Below are positions 51,985-64,000 of a stretch of 64,000 nucleotides of DNA, piece after piece. The translations under genes were made by a program, and so were the position numbers. The DNA lies in contig NMRA01000019.1 of assembly GCA_002633005.1 (NCBI GenBank), positions 272,380 through 336,379 of the forward strand, written 5' to 3'. Position 1 is the stretch's first letter; each line of letters starts with the position of its first letter. The notes beneath the pieces were generated by a model that was not told the origin of the DNA, made no database searches, and saw nothing but the letters and a program-made list of their open reading frames with translations. The DNA comes from Phoronis australis (lineage: Eukaryota > Animalia > Phoronida).

Positions 51985-52491
51985 GTATTGCAAAAAAATT
52001 CCTTGGAGTGTCTGACGTGGCACGGATAGAGAAAGTCACCTTTTAGTAGTTTGTTTTGCACTAAAAAAATAACGACTTTCCCGTCCAGTTCTCTGAAACG
52101 AAATAATGCTCTGTAACTCTCGACATCCCTCAAAAGTTTGGAAAATTTGAAAACTCCTTTCAAAGTCTGATAACGGGCAAGCGTGACCTACGCTCTTAAG
52201 TAATTACACGGCAACTGTGGGAAAACACCACCCACCAACGACCATGAGTGTCCAATTTGTGAAATAGGAGATATGAGGTTTTAGTTGATTCCTGCTTTTA
52301 TCTTTCAATATTGATGCCAGTGATGCATTAGCAGGTTAGAGAACGAGGATTGGTTGATATCACCACAACAGAGTTAAGTATCCTTTCAAATGTACTATTG
52401 ATAAAAATATAGTGACTGCGCTTGCACGTCTTGTCTAGGTTCACCTTTACACTGATGACCTAACCTAAAGAAAGTGATGCAGCGCGCTACC

Positions 52492-54160
52492 GGGTGCATG
52501 TTGCCGTCATCTCTGTCTGGGCGTCCGGGCGTCCGGCGTCCGCGGCTGTATCACCTAAACCCTTTGCAGGATCTTATTGAAATTTGGCAGGCGTGTTTCT
52601 ATGGAGTTGACGACAGAGGGCGACGAGTTTCGGACCGACCCAAGTACGGTTGTGTCTCTAGTCGTAATTTTATTTTTTTACGTTTGCCTCTGTATCTTCA
52701 AAGGTCCTCAACCTATTTTCATGAAATTTGTCACATAGGCATCTATTAATAAGGTGACGCTATTGTCCCGTTTTCGGATGGATTCGAGGAATTTTGCGCC
52801 ACCTAGTGGCCATTTTTTACCATTTTCGAGTCCGTTTTTCGGCGTCCACCCCTCTGTCAACCAAATCACTCTAAGGATGATTGCGAAAATTGTCATGTTT
52901 GTTCTTACTATGAAGGGGACGGATGACGATGATTTTCCGACGACTTTGACTACTGTGGCGCCTCCTAGTAGCAGTTTTGTTTGTTTTTGCGCCCATGGCT
53001 GATAAATGTAGCAAATGTATTTATATGTAACAACGGTCGACGACGTCTTTCCGACAGATCGGTCTACAGGTGTGCCCCTAGTGGCAATCTTATTTTTACG
53101 TTTACCTCTGTATCTTCAAAGGTCCTCGATTGATTTCTATAAAATTTGGCACATAGGCATCTATTAATGCTGTGACGCTCTTCTTCCCTTTTTGGATAGA
53201 TTCGAGATATTTTGCGCCACCTAATGGCCATTTTTACCGTTTTTGAGCCTGTTTTTTGGCGTCCTTCCCTCCATCAACCGAACAACTCTAATGATGATTA
53301 TGAAAATAGGCATGTATGTTCTTACTATGAAGAGGACGGTTGACGACGATTTTCCTACGACTTCGACTACTGTGGCGCCTTCTAGTGGCAGTTTTGTTTG
53401 CTTTTGTGCCCATAGCTTTATCTTCTAAATACTCTACAGAATCTATATTGAATGTAGAAAATGTGTTTATATGAAGTTAACAACGGAAGGCGATGACTTT
53501 CAGTAGGGTCCGACTAACACTGCCCCCTACTGGCAATTTCATTTTTTTCTGTTTTCCTCTGTTTCTCTAAAGTTCCTGACGAATTTTTATGAAATTTGTT
53601 AAATAGCTTTTTTACAGAAACGGTGACATTTTCCGGTTTTCAGATAGATTCGACATATTTTGCGCCACTTAGTGACCATTTTTACTGTTTTCTAGTCTGT
53701 TTTTGTCGTCCGTCTTCTGTTAACCAAACCACTCTTGGGATGATTATGAAAATTGGCTTATATTGTTAGTGTGAAGAGGACGGCTGACGATGATTTTCCG
53801 TTTTCAATTACTGTGACGCCTCCTAGTGGCAGTTTCTTGCGCCATTAGCTGTATCTCCTAAGCCCTCTTCAGAATGTTTTTTAAATTTAGAAAGTGTTTT
53901 TATATGACGTTGACAACGTTCAGACGGAAAGACCTTTGTCCGACAAAGGATTTTCCCTAGTAGCAATTTCATTTTTTCCGTTTTGCTAAAGTTTCTTGAC
54001 GGATTTTCATGAAATGTGGTAAACAGCTTTCTGTTAAAAAACGGTGACATATTCCCAGTTCGCACTATCTGGCGGCCATTTTTTATGAACAGACACCCTA
54101 GAAGCAAACCGTTTGCAGTGCATTCGTGGGCGCATTTCAACGCTCCGCGTTGCTCTTGTT
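52492..54160 (+). mobile_element. Helentron-associated element (HINE-like), copy 2, 5'-truncated and more diverged
   Basis: Same GCCGTCATCTCTGTC head, same tandem subunits and same 3' GTGGGCGCATTTCAACGCTC(C)GCGTTGCTCTTGTT end as the 28656 copy. Confidence 0.8.
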
Positions 54161-54500
54161 ACCCAAGGGGTTCGCATGTATCTAAAGTTCTTTGGCGTAT
54201 TTTCAAAAAAATTGGTTATTCGTTGTGTATTACCCTGTTACCGCACATTTAGGCTCATGGGCCTATATCGGAAATAATGCCTTTATTCGCGGGATTTTTT
54301 TTCCCAAGTGGTTCGCATATTGGCCCATGTGCCTAAGTTTCGCGTATAATCCCAGTTCCGCCCAGACGCCTATGATCCTAATGGCGCGGCAATACTGCAT
54401 ATAATTATCTGTATTGAATCAAATGATTTACACGTGGTAAAAAGTCATTCAACGAGCAAAAGCGAGTTGACAAAATGCTAATCATGAGCCTCGTTTTCAG

Positions 54501-54707
54501 GAACTAGATGATTTGGAGGATCGATATGGTGAAATATGGGACCCCAAGTTGATAATCCTGAACATGGACCAGGCCCCGAGAACGAATGAGATCACATACG
54601 ATATTGAGTACGGACCTGATGGAATTCCAGTTGTCTATTACAGAAGAAAAATTAGAGGTTCCTTCTTTGAGAGACTAGAGCTTAGACATTTCCCGTTTGA
54701 CGTTCAG
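54501..54707 (+). CDS. pLGIC exon: loop A to Pro-loop (IWDPKLIILN...IRGSFFERLELRHFPFDVQ)
   Basis: TTTTCAG/GTAACT, phase 0-0; WxP loop A and the FPFDxQ signature. Confidence 0.95.
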
Positions 54708-55296
54708 GTAACTTGTGCCTCAACAGCAATGCTCTTTTGAATAAGGAATCAAAATGAACTACCATCTAACGGCAATGCAGTGCTGAACCCGTTGCTATCA
54801 ATGACAAAAAAGTAATATTTTAATTGAATCGGTCCAGATCATACCCATAACCGCCGTGTATGTATAGGATAGGTATTTGGTTCCATGTGGTATCTCGTAC
54901 AATGCTCAGACGCCTTGATTCTTGAATTCGATGGATTTCGTTGAACAGAGGTGTTCGATTGCCTGAGCTTCCTGCCAATCCCGGCCGCAGTCATTGTCAC
55001 CTAGCTGTATCTGCAAAAAATAGTTAAGCACTTCTCTTTTGAAATCGTATTTGCATTTGTGGAAAATAGTTGAATAGCAGCAATCGATGGTGTCTTGACA
55101 CTAAACCCCCGTATTCAGTGGTATGAGTTACAACAAAAGAAACTGAAGAGTTTTAAGCACAATTTACAGAGCCATCTTCAGATTTTTTTTTATTAAATTT
55201 GCATCTCACAATGAAGTACCGTAATTGTCTTTCCTGGTCATCTTGATGTATCTTGCCGATGCCGTTGTCATCATCGTTCCCTTTCTTCGCCTGCAG

Positions 55297-55437
55297 GAGC
55301 TGTCGCTTCATATCGTCTCGGATCATCCTGCAAAACAAGTGTCGCTGGAACTCTGCCCGGATAATAAAAGTACTGTCCACACCCATACCTTCAGGGACGT
55401 CGACGAATGGACTTTGTTCCAATCCGTCAAGGAAAAC
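55297..55437 (+). CDS. pLGIC exon (ELSLHIVSDH...FRDVDEWTLFQSVKEN)
   Basis: CTGCAG acceptor and conserved EW. The 3' donor is uncertain (GTGATT after 55437 or GTGATA after 55461). Confidence 0.8.
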
Positions 55438-56520
55438 GTGATTGTTTTTCGTACTACAACTGTGATAATTGGGATAAACGCATTACTCTCGGCGGTGTTC
55501 CTACTGATCTCGAATGCTTTCGATTATATTTCTCTACTTAAGCCTACATTTCTAGTTACATTTATGTTCAAATCTCAAAACTGATGAAAGATTGCGTGTT
55601 TCTGTGATTTTGTTGCCATCTTTCAGACTGATGCGATGATAAGACGTGCTAGTATCACAAGACGCTCCCCTAAAAAGATAACTGAAATCAAGTCATTAAG
55701 TAAAATTTTTAGACGGTTTTAAAAATATCCGTTATTTCAACGTCTTTTTTAAAAGTTTGGCAATAAATATGTCTATAAATCTTAACTGAGCTCAAGAGAT
55801 TTTTAAATTTTCAGAAGCTACAAAACCACTTTACGTCACAAAAACATTTTTTATTAAGATCAGTTACCTATGAAATTAGTCTCAAAGAGTTCCCTAGTCA
55901 AAATAGGTAGGAATTTTGGGCTTTTACAGAACTTACAGTTCGTTATTGCTTTAGACAATGCTTTACAAGACTTGTTACGCGTTTTATATCGTCCGCCAGC
56001 GAGCATGATTTCTTGCAGTAAAACAATGTCAGCTCGTTGCAAGACCAAACGCCACCTTCCGCTTGAGTGAGAAATACGTTGAGAACAATTTTATAGAGCT
56101 ACGTAATGTAAATCAAGAGTTAATTTCTCCGACGGATCGCGGGTTTATTGCTTGGAGAAAAATACGTTTCGTCTAATTGCTATTGTATTATGATTCATGC
56201 TATACGTTTTTCTAACAAGACAAAAAATAAGAGACTACTTACTGAAATCGGTAGCTCACTGAAGTTCTCTTTTTAATCTTATTGATCTATCTTCTACGAA
56301 TGCGGCTTCTTGATGTCCAATGTTTTTTTCTCTGGATGCGGATTCCCCCCGATTTTTTCTCGTTCTACCAGAATTCTCCGTAATTTTGCCCGAATGGTGG
56401 GACTGGAGGCTTGGTAAATGCTACCCCGCCTCCCACCGCCTATTAATACGTCTGTGACTATACTCATCTCCTATCAGGTATGGGATAAACCTCATCACGC
56501 TGAATTTATTGTCCCAACAG

Positions 56521-56730
56521 GTTAAACCCCATGCCAGTGACTTTGGTTCAGACTCTGACGGCAATATCGAAGACAGAAGGGGTCACTTTCCCGTGGAGAA
56601 ATTGGGAGAAGGGTCGCAATCCATGATCGACATGAGCCGGGCGACGAGGATAAGGAAAAACCGACTCATTTTCAGCTGTTTTGTGGCCAGAAATTATGGA
56701 TATTGGATTTTCAACGTCTTCACGATTTTG
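56521..56730 (+). CDS. pLGIC exon: extended loop C, beta10, start of M1 (...LIFSCFVARNYGYWIFNVFTIL)
   Basis: CAACAG/GTGAGA, phase 0-0; pre-M1 R..GY...N motif. Confidence 0.85.
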
Positions 56731-58833
56731 GTGAGACATATTTAACGATTGCACTTTGTTGTTGATGTAATCTGAGTTTCCTTGTGTGTTTTCATAACAG
56801 GGATAAATTGGACGTTAGGGTAAGGATTAGTCATGTGCTTGCAAAATTTGGGTTCACTACATAGTTGGATATTATGTCGGGACATCATTCTCAATGTATT
56901 TCGGTGATGAGTCATGTTTATTATAGTTGTGCGTTTTGCTGAAGAGTTGGATTCAAGCTCTCAATCTATAGATCTATGGCTCGTCGACGATTTTGCATAC
57001 GACTCTTGTGTGGAATTCATAAGCTGTGTTTTGGGTGTAACAAAAGCCCTGGCAACAATTTCCACTCCAATGATAATGCACATTCTGCCAAACAAGATCC
57101 CAGTTCTGAGTTCCATCCATATCATATCACTTGGCGAGAAATTAGAGGTTGGCAAATTCTAGTTTGAAATAAAAAAAATCCCGTTTATTTTGCAAAACAT
57201 GTGCTGATCATTTCACGTTGAATGCTAAACATTTGTTACATATAAAGTAAAAAAATAAAACAGTTTTGCTGCTGTTATTTTTCTCCTCGTTATTGTAATC
57301 TAAAACCATGACTACCTATAGGGGGAGCTCATCTCACCTCGACAGGAAGGAGGGGTGGATTAGGAGTTCGTCACAGATGACCGGAAGCAATGTTGTTGAC
57401 AAATGGATGGACAGGCCCGACGCTGATGGCGATCGGGGCCAGGGTCGAAATTATTTTTTTTGCATTTCTGTTCCACTTTCGTGCGAACGTCAAGATCAGC
57501 GGCTTAATTATAGTCTGTGTCCGAGTACTTTATGTTTTATGCATTTTAATATCTAGTCTTTACTTGATGACCTATATTAGAATTACAAACTCGAGTAAAA
57601 ACTCGAAATTTCGAGTAAAAACTCGAACTTTTAGCCTCAATACTGGGGTCATCAAGGACAAACTAGGATTAGACAACTGTCCACGTAAGCCACTGTGCGT
57701 GCAAGCATAGAGTAATAGCCAATTGTCTTGAATAAAAATTCCAAAAATAATTTGGAGTTTGATTTCTATCAAAACTATAAGACTCCATCCTCTGGAAACG
57801 CAGCCGCGAAATTGGGAACCGTGAGAGGGGGTGACTCTCATGGCAACGGAGGTGGGGCGGTACCTTCAGCCTCGGGCCGTGATATGGCTAGCTATGCCAC
57901 TGGCCAAAACAAGAATGGATAATCAAGCTTTGATGGTCCTCGTTGTTGTCGTTTGTGTCGAATTGTGCCACTTATTACTCACGTCAGTCTGTAAAGCAAT
58001 ACGACGTGTGCTTACAGTATTTACAGACAGGTTACATTTGTCTAGTAAGTACTTTCCTGCTCCGCTGTAAAAATCAGTGTCCGATTAAGGAATTGCGAGG
58101 CATAAGTCGAAGCGCGGGGCCCCTTATTCAAATACTGATACAACGATTATCTAACAGTTAAAACAAAATAGGTGTAATTTTCATTTTTGAGGAGTGAAGC
58201 AATTGAGACGACTTTTGATGAGACAGTGTGTTGTGTCCACTGGGCACCGTCAGCTGTTGGTCGAAGTGGACGATTTCAGGATAATTCACACGCCGCTTAT
58301 CAGAGGCCCAGCGTTTGTGCCAATTATGGTATCAAGAAGGCTACCTTTGTCAAATATATACATTTTGAATTTTGAAATTTTTGTCGCTCTGTATGTTAAC
58401 AAAACTGTAAACTCAAGAATGGGGTTAAAAAACTCAAACAATGCCTGGCGCCTTAGTGAGTTTCTGCTCTTGTAGGTGCCCGAGGTTTTTTGGTTGCAAG
58501 CTTTAGCATTGAGCATAAGACTACGACATCTACAATTCTTTGAACAACGCTAGCACAGTGGGGTCTCGCACCCTTGCCCCTTCACATATTGAGAAGAGCG
58601 GGGCCACAACACAACGTTTCCAAATCGCGTCGTCACCTGAATAATGTATACCTCCGTCTACGTATTGATGCCTCTAAAAGCGTGCTGTGAGCGCAGTTCC
58701 ATAAAAGTGTTGTTCCGTAGCATATGTTAGTTCTGCTACGTTGTTAATCTGACACTGGCACAGCTGGCAAGTGCTAATTATTTTAATTATGTCTGTTATT
58801 CAATAACCGTGACACGTTTTTCTATGTTTTCAG

Positions 58834-58989
58834 CTCCTGATCAACTGCCTCACGTTCACCCCGTTTGCCTTCCTGCATACACAGACCAGCGCCAGACTTG
58901 GCGTGATGATGTCGCTACTGCTGACCACTGTCGCCAAAAAGATGGCGCTTGGAATGATGCTTCCGCCTATATCATACCTGACTTATCTG
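58834..58989 (+). CDS. pLGIC exon: M1-M2 and M2-M3 loop (LLINCLTF...SARLGVMMSLLLTTVAKKMALGMMLPPISYLTYL)
   Basis: TTTTCAG/GTGAGA, phase 0-0; R0', L9'T10' and LPxxSYxTxLD. The frame differs from ORF 58809. Confidence 0.95.
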
Positions 58990-59183
58990 GTGAGAAAATG
59001 TTGCAACATTGTTTGGTACTTCGTGAACAATGTGTTTATTAAATCTAGAATTTCTTAACCACTGTAAATTGTATAAGACAGCTTCACCGTTGGCGGTGTT
59101 GGGCCGATATATAAATTCAGCCTATATTTCGCCAAAGTGCCCTCTTGTACGCACAATACACTACAATCAATAGAAACACGTGT

Positions 59184-59269
59184 AGAAAATCTCCTTGTCT
59201 CCGGTGGCACTTGAACCAAGGTTGCACGTGCGACGAGGACCAAACGTCTAAACCATTCGGCCAGGATGC
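59184..59269 (-). mobile_element. tRNA-derived SINE head / pseudo-tRNA
   Basis: Minus strand has a TGGCCGAATGG A-box and GGTTCAAGTGCC B-box; the acceptor stem does not pair. Confidence 0.55.
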
Positions 59270-60105
59270 AATTGCCGCTTGGCGAGCGACATAGAGAGGC
59301 TTTCGTGTCACGCGCAGGCGCCATTTCCTAAATTTTCGCGACAACTTTGGAGAAGCAAAATTTGTTCTGAAATTCGGTTTTTCGGTATCGGAATTCTAAA
59401 AAATTATAATGAAGTGAAAGCAGTTCCAATAATTTGTTGTGACGTGTACGCGAGCTCGTGAAAGAACAGCAGTTGATTGAAGAATCGGCGAAAAAAGAAA
59501 CTGGCCAATAGGTGACGCAATATTTCATGGCGCCGAAAGCCGTCGCTAAAGATCGCTCCACAACTTTAGCAGCAGAATAATGGTAGAACGCCATTCTTCC
59601 AACACTGTTAAATAATTTTGTTTACTCAGGGAAGACTGTAGTTTTTAATGACACTAATTTTGTGTCAGATTTTATCTTACCACTTTTTTACCCACAACGG
59701 TGCAAAGCTGTATATTTATACGGCTTTGTACCAAGGCTACGCCCGACCGTGCATCAGTCACAACGTCTGAGTGTCGATCCTGCACAGATATTACTCAACG
59801 AAGTCAAGAAAAACGTTAGAAATGAATGCAAACTTTAACTTTGAAATAGATTTCAGCTCAAACACTAATGAAAATACTGAAAATAGCAGCTATGCACCCT
59901 AAGCCTGTAGCTGCTGTAAAACTTGAACTGCCGTCTCATGCAGGCAGCAGAAAATTTCATTCATGAAAATATTGCAAGTATGTATACGTGTCACGCGATC
60001 TGCGATCATCATTGATAAAAGATGACAAACGACACAAAAACAAACGCAGCAATCTGTGTAAACCCGCTTCTTTAAAGAATCCTCAGTGGAGCGTATAGGA
60101 TAAAA

Positions 60106-60271
60106 AGGTTATACAACGTACGTGCTTGTACCACTGTGTTATTATATCTCGATTCGTGATATGCAAAAGTATTTGAACTCTGACTTCCCCCGAGTTCAAA
60201 TACATTAACTTTTGCATATCACGAATCTCGATATAATAACCAGTGGTACAAACACGTACGTTATATAACCT
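60106..60271. mobile_element. Near-perfect palindromic MITE (~166 bp hairpin)
   Basis: AGGTTATACAACGTACGTG...GAACTC / GAGTTC...CACGTACGTTATATAACCT. Confidence 0.85.
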
Positions 60272-60523
60272 ATATGTATACGACAGACAGGAGAGTCGGA
60301 CCCGAATGTGTGGACGATGTCAGCCGATAAGAACAGGCAGTTGGTGCAACAACAAAAATAAAAGTCAATGGAACTACAGAACCAGTCATTTCAGCACTGC
60401 AGTGGCACATCCCACAACCTAGTAACGTGATCACTACACACTTGATGCTCCACCGGGCAATTTGAAGAAACCGCGCCGTTTCACTATAAAACAGAATGAG
60501 AATGCATGTGCGACAGATCCCTA

Positions 60524-60790
60524 CAGCCGATTTCACAAAGGTGGTTTAAAGTTAAACCTGGTTTAAACTGGACTTAGACCAGGTTTAAAGATAATCTGCA
60601 TTCCATAAAGGTGGTTTAACTTTTAGACCAGTGGTCTAGTAAAACCTGGTTTAACTTCAGTTTAGACCTGGTCTAAGTCAGTTTTCATTTCACCAACGAG
60701 GTCTATATTCTTTAGACCTGTATTAAGATCTAAAACCATGTTTAACTTTAGACTTGGTCATACCCAGGTTTAACTGTTAAGTATGTCAGA
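60524..60790 (+). mobile_element. DNA-transposon left end with AAACCTGG/TAGACC subterminal repeats (Harbinger-like)
   Basis: CAGCCGATTTCACAAAG terminus followed by repeated palindromic GGTTTAAA/AGACCAGG motifs; no right end seen. Confidence 0.5.
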
Positions 60791-60907
60791 CTTGCATGGT
60801 ATGGGTACAACTGAATGATGCAGCGGAGTGCATTTGCGACACAGATTGAGAGCGAAAATGGACTTTTTTCAATATTCAGTTTTACTTCGACACAAGATTA
60901 ATCGTAG

Positions 60908-61060
60908 CAGAGGCGGATCTAGGATCTTTTAGAGAGGGGGTCAAGGACTTTTTGAAAAGGGAGACCAAGTCAACAATTTGAAAATTATAGATTTGATATC
61001 ACTAAAATCAAGGGAAAAAAGGGGGCTCCGGACCCCTTGACCCCTCTGGATCCGCCTATG
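60908..61060. mobile_element. 153-bp MITE (CAGAGGCGGATCTAG...CTGGATCCGCCTATG)
   Basis: TIRs are related to those of the 32580/47725 family. Confidence 0.8.
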
Positions 61061-61774
61061 TGTAGACCAGTACGTGCTGGAGTGTGTCCTGCAGATTCCT
61101 CAGAATACGACTGGTCGAGCAGGGCGTCATCGTCGTAAGCGCTACCGATTTGACTTAAGACAGCATCTTCTGATTCTTCTGAGTTCCACCTTCACTGTTC
61201 TCTGATTTAATGTTGCCGGGAAGGGGTCTTGCCCCCCCCTTTGGCCGCGAAAAATAAACACTAAAATGACACGGAAATATATTTTTAGCATTTATCATGT
61301 TACATCTAATTATGAGCATGTTCTTTAATGTGTGTGTGTTGGGTACAGAAATTAAATTTTTCCTCATGAGAAAAGCTTTCCAAGATGTGACTGAACACTG
61401 TTTACGAACTAAAGAGGACGTTGGTTAATAGTTAAATATGTGTATTCATCAACACCAAATGATTGGGTATGCATCAATTTTGTATAATGTGCAAATAGAT
61501 CACATTTTAAAAAAATTGTCAGTACCCTACATTGATTGTAAATTTGACTAGACTGAATTTAAATCTCCGTAGCGAACTAATTAGTTTGTACATTCTCACA
61601 TGCAGTGATCACTGAAAATCATCCGTTTGCGTTTTGAAATCGACATAAAAATATTCCAATTCCCAACTGCGACACGTATTCAACTACATGTATAACCCGG
61701 GGCCTCGTTGTTCCCGCCCGTTTCTTACATTATGTGTTCAGAACTTTGTGGTTTCAATCATATCGTTGTTTCAG

Positions 61775-61960
61775 GATATTTACATGATGTCTGTCATGGG
61801 ATTTCTGGGACTCCAGGCGACCCAGTTTGCCGTGTCTTCTATTTGGGTAAAGCAGAAGAACAAGAAATTGATAGAAGAGATCGACTTTTACTCAATGATT
61901 ATCATGGCTTGCGTCCTGTTGACTTTCAACATCATTTACGTGTTGTTCGTACTGACCACC
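61775..61960 (+). CDS. pLGIC exon: M3, short loop, M4 (DIYMMSVMGFLGLQATQFAV...EEIDFYSMIIMACVLLTFNIIYVLFVLTT)
   Basis: TTTCAG/GTGAGT, phase 0-0; two hydrophobic helices with a pre-M4 Asp. Confidence 0.93.
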
Positions 61961-62260
61961 GTGAGTATGCATACTTAAAACGCTAGCCGTGTGCAAACCT
62001 GTACAAATATACAGCTTTGAAACTTTGGGTGTAAAATACTGGCAAACTAAAATCGGAGACAAAATTAGTGTCATTAAAACCTACACTCTCCCTTGACACC
62101 AAAGCGGTTGCAGGTATTGTACTATAAATAATCGTTGTATCGTTATTCTTCTGAAAAATATGTTGAGCGATTAATGGATATGCGACAATTTTAGCGCCGT
62201 CAAATAGAGCGTCAAGCTGCTTACTATTTTAAGTGATTAATTCTTTTTATAATTACATAG

Positions 62261-62338
62261 GTAAGAAATTCAATGTCGGCCCGTATTAATACAGGGGGCG
62301 CCCGTCCTAAAGCGACAGAAGACCTGACACTGTATTAA
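62261..62338 (+). CDS. pLGIC terminal exon (VRNSMSARINTGGARPKATEDLTLY*)
   Basis: T-rich TAG acceptor, phase 0, stop TAA at 62336-62338. Confidence 0.65.
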   Translation, partial: VRNSMSARINTGGARPKATEDLTLY

Positions 62339-64000
62339 TGTAAAAGATCCCGCTTTTTGATCACTGGGGGATGGGACCGTTTAAATTTATATAGTTTGGC
62401 CCGCGCATCTCAATATTGATTTGGGGTTCTTCTGTTGTTTTCGGGTAGGTTTTGAAGTAGGGTTCCACTATCTGGACATCAACCCTATAATGTAATGTGT
62501 CATTTGGTTGGTTTATGTCTAGTACATTTTGGGGGATATACGATGTAGCAGAATAAGAGTGCAAAGGTAAATTTCTTAGCTCCCATAACTCATCGTATTT
62601 ACTGAAAAGAGATGAAGGTTTACTGACTTTGAAACAGACCAAAAGCCATTCCCAGATTGAATTTTAGCCGAAAGTCGAAAACAGAAGTCACTAGACTATC
62701 CGAGAAGCAAGCTCATGAATAGAGTGTTGTTTCTAATATTCCACAATAGCACAAATTTATGCATTCGATTTCGGCATTATGTCAATCAAAACTGTCCGTA
62801 GCCATCAGGTGAAAAATGAATGTCGAGCGGCTAGATATTTTGCAAATCCGCATTGTCCCCATCTGAAGGCTATCTAAATTTCTTGCTAAATTCCAACTTC
62901 CGGCTTCCAAGTGCTAAAGGTTAAGAAACTTAGACACGACTGGGCAAAATACAATGCCAACAACCCAGCAGGCGCCTATTTTTATTGAAATTGGTGGAGG
63001 TAAAGTGAAGTGTGTCTCAAAAACTCGTGTTTACATAAGTTACATAGTGTACTTTAAAACGTATTTGCAGGCAATTGCTAAGCGGAAACGTCTTGGTATC
63101 ATGGAGTCAACTGGTCACAGTCATTCGCATCGGGAGAAGAAAACAAAACTTCAAGATGCAGGCGAACGGGAACATTTGACTACAAACGAAAGCGTCTAAC
63201 TCAGGATCTGAGCATGAAGTTTAATTGCAGCATACTCATAATTCAGAAATTTTATATATTTAACGGTGTCGTAAATATTTTCAGTATTGTACAATAATGG
63301 TGAAAACAGTGTTGGGGGTAGGATAGTGGATGATATTAAAAATAATTTCAGCAACTCCTATTACTTGTACCACATGGCTGCAGTGGTCAGTTTCTGTCCA
63401 GTGTCATGACTTCACATGCAATGTACCTAAACTACACGGTTAACGGTCAGCTAAACACGGTGTAGGACACAAAAACACGACTCACGTACCTGCAAACACC
63501 ATTCACTGACTTACATACACGGGATCGGACTCAAACACACGATCCATTCTCCAAAAGCACACGGTCACGGACTAACATTCATGTAGAAACGCAGCACAAG
63601 GACCGACAAACACGATTTACGGATAAAATCTAGAAATCGGCTTGGACAGCTGTGTAATGGGAGCAAAATTAAACATAATTTTGTCTGGCCAGGTAATCCA
63701 CCATTGAATAGCGGAGTTGCAACGCCGCCATATTCGAAATGGGTCAGAAAGTTGCATTGTGGTTAAGCCGGTAAACAAGTACGTCGGCAAGCGTGGGGGC
63801 GAACCGGCCACAGGGAGGTTATACGTGTTGCGTGCCTGGCATGCTATAATACCAGTTAGCGAAATAAAAAATTTAGTTACTACCTGTTTCCCAAGGATCA
63901 AGAACTGCACTGCGTTAAACATGGGTCAGAGACATCGGTAGAGCTGGTAGCAAAGGCCGACTTCGTGAATTCTTTTCGACTTCGTAGCATAAAGTGTGCA

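Noticed and set aside
55627-55700. Cassette exon TDAMIRRASITRRSPKKITEIK in channel gene
   Set aside because: Good acceptor but no convincing in-phase donor; left unannotated.
54501-58989. Naming the channel as a GABA-A/GlyR/nAChR subunit
   Set aside because: It lacks the Cys-loop cysteines, the vicinal loop C cysteines and the large intracellular loop; no subfamily can be assigned.
59184-59269. Functional tRNA gene (also ~32840 and ~38524)
   Set aside because: A/B boxes are present but acceptor and anticodon stems do not pair; these are SINE-like.
63430-63620. AAACACG/ACACGG-rich stretch
   Set aside because: Irregular low-complexity repeats, probably transposon subterminal sequence; no definable unit or ends within the window.

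Overview
AT-rich, repeat-laden eukaryotic genomic DNA from a draft assembly with three N-gaps. It is most likely a bilaterian invertebrate, possibly lophotrochozoan (inference). Most entries in the ORF track are spurious. Reading splice sites and intron phases by hand gives two multi-exon + strand genes. (1) ~15.8-31.3 kb: an uncharacterised ~700-aa protein with a PNKP/AAA_33-like P-loop kinase domain followed by a catalytically degenerate HAD-IIIA domain. This is the T4-Pnk order, the reverse of animal PNKP. A long disordered tail carries an APLF-like Ku-binding motif and a CYREN/MRI-like C-terminus, making it a candidate NHEJ-associated factor. (2) ~42.5-62.3 kb: a Cys-less (Pro-loop) pentameric ligand-gated ion channel with no obvious signal peptide, an enlarged loop C, two lysines in M2 and a very short M3-M4 loop. 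One intron of each gene holds a copy of a Helentron/HINE-type element with tandem arrays of CTCF-like motifs; in copy 1 they are spaced 145-161 bp apart. The rest is MITEs, tRNA-derived SINE fragments, LINE remnants, minisatellites and an interleaved pair of long inverted repeats at 34.5-40 kb. Protein family calls rest on recalled motifs, not database searches.
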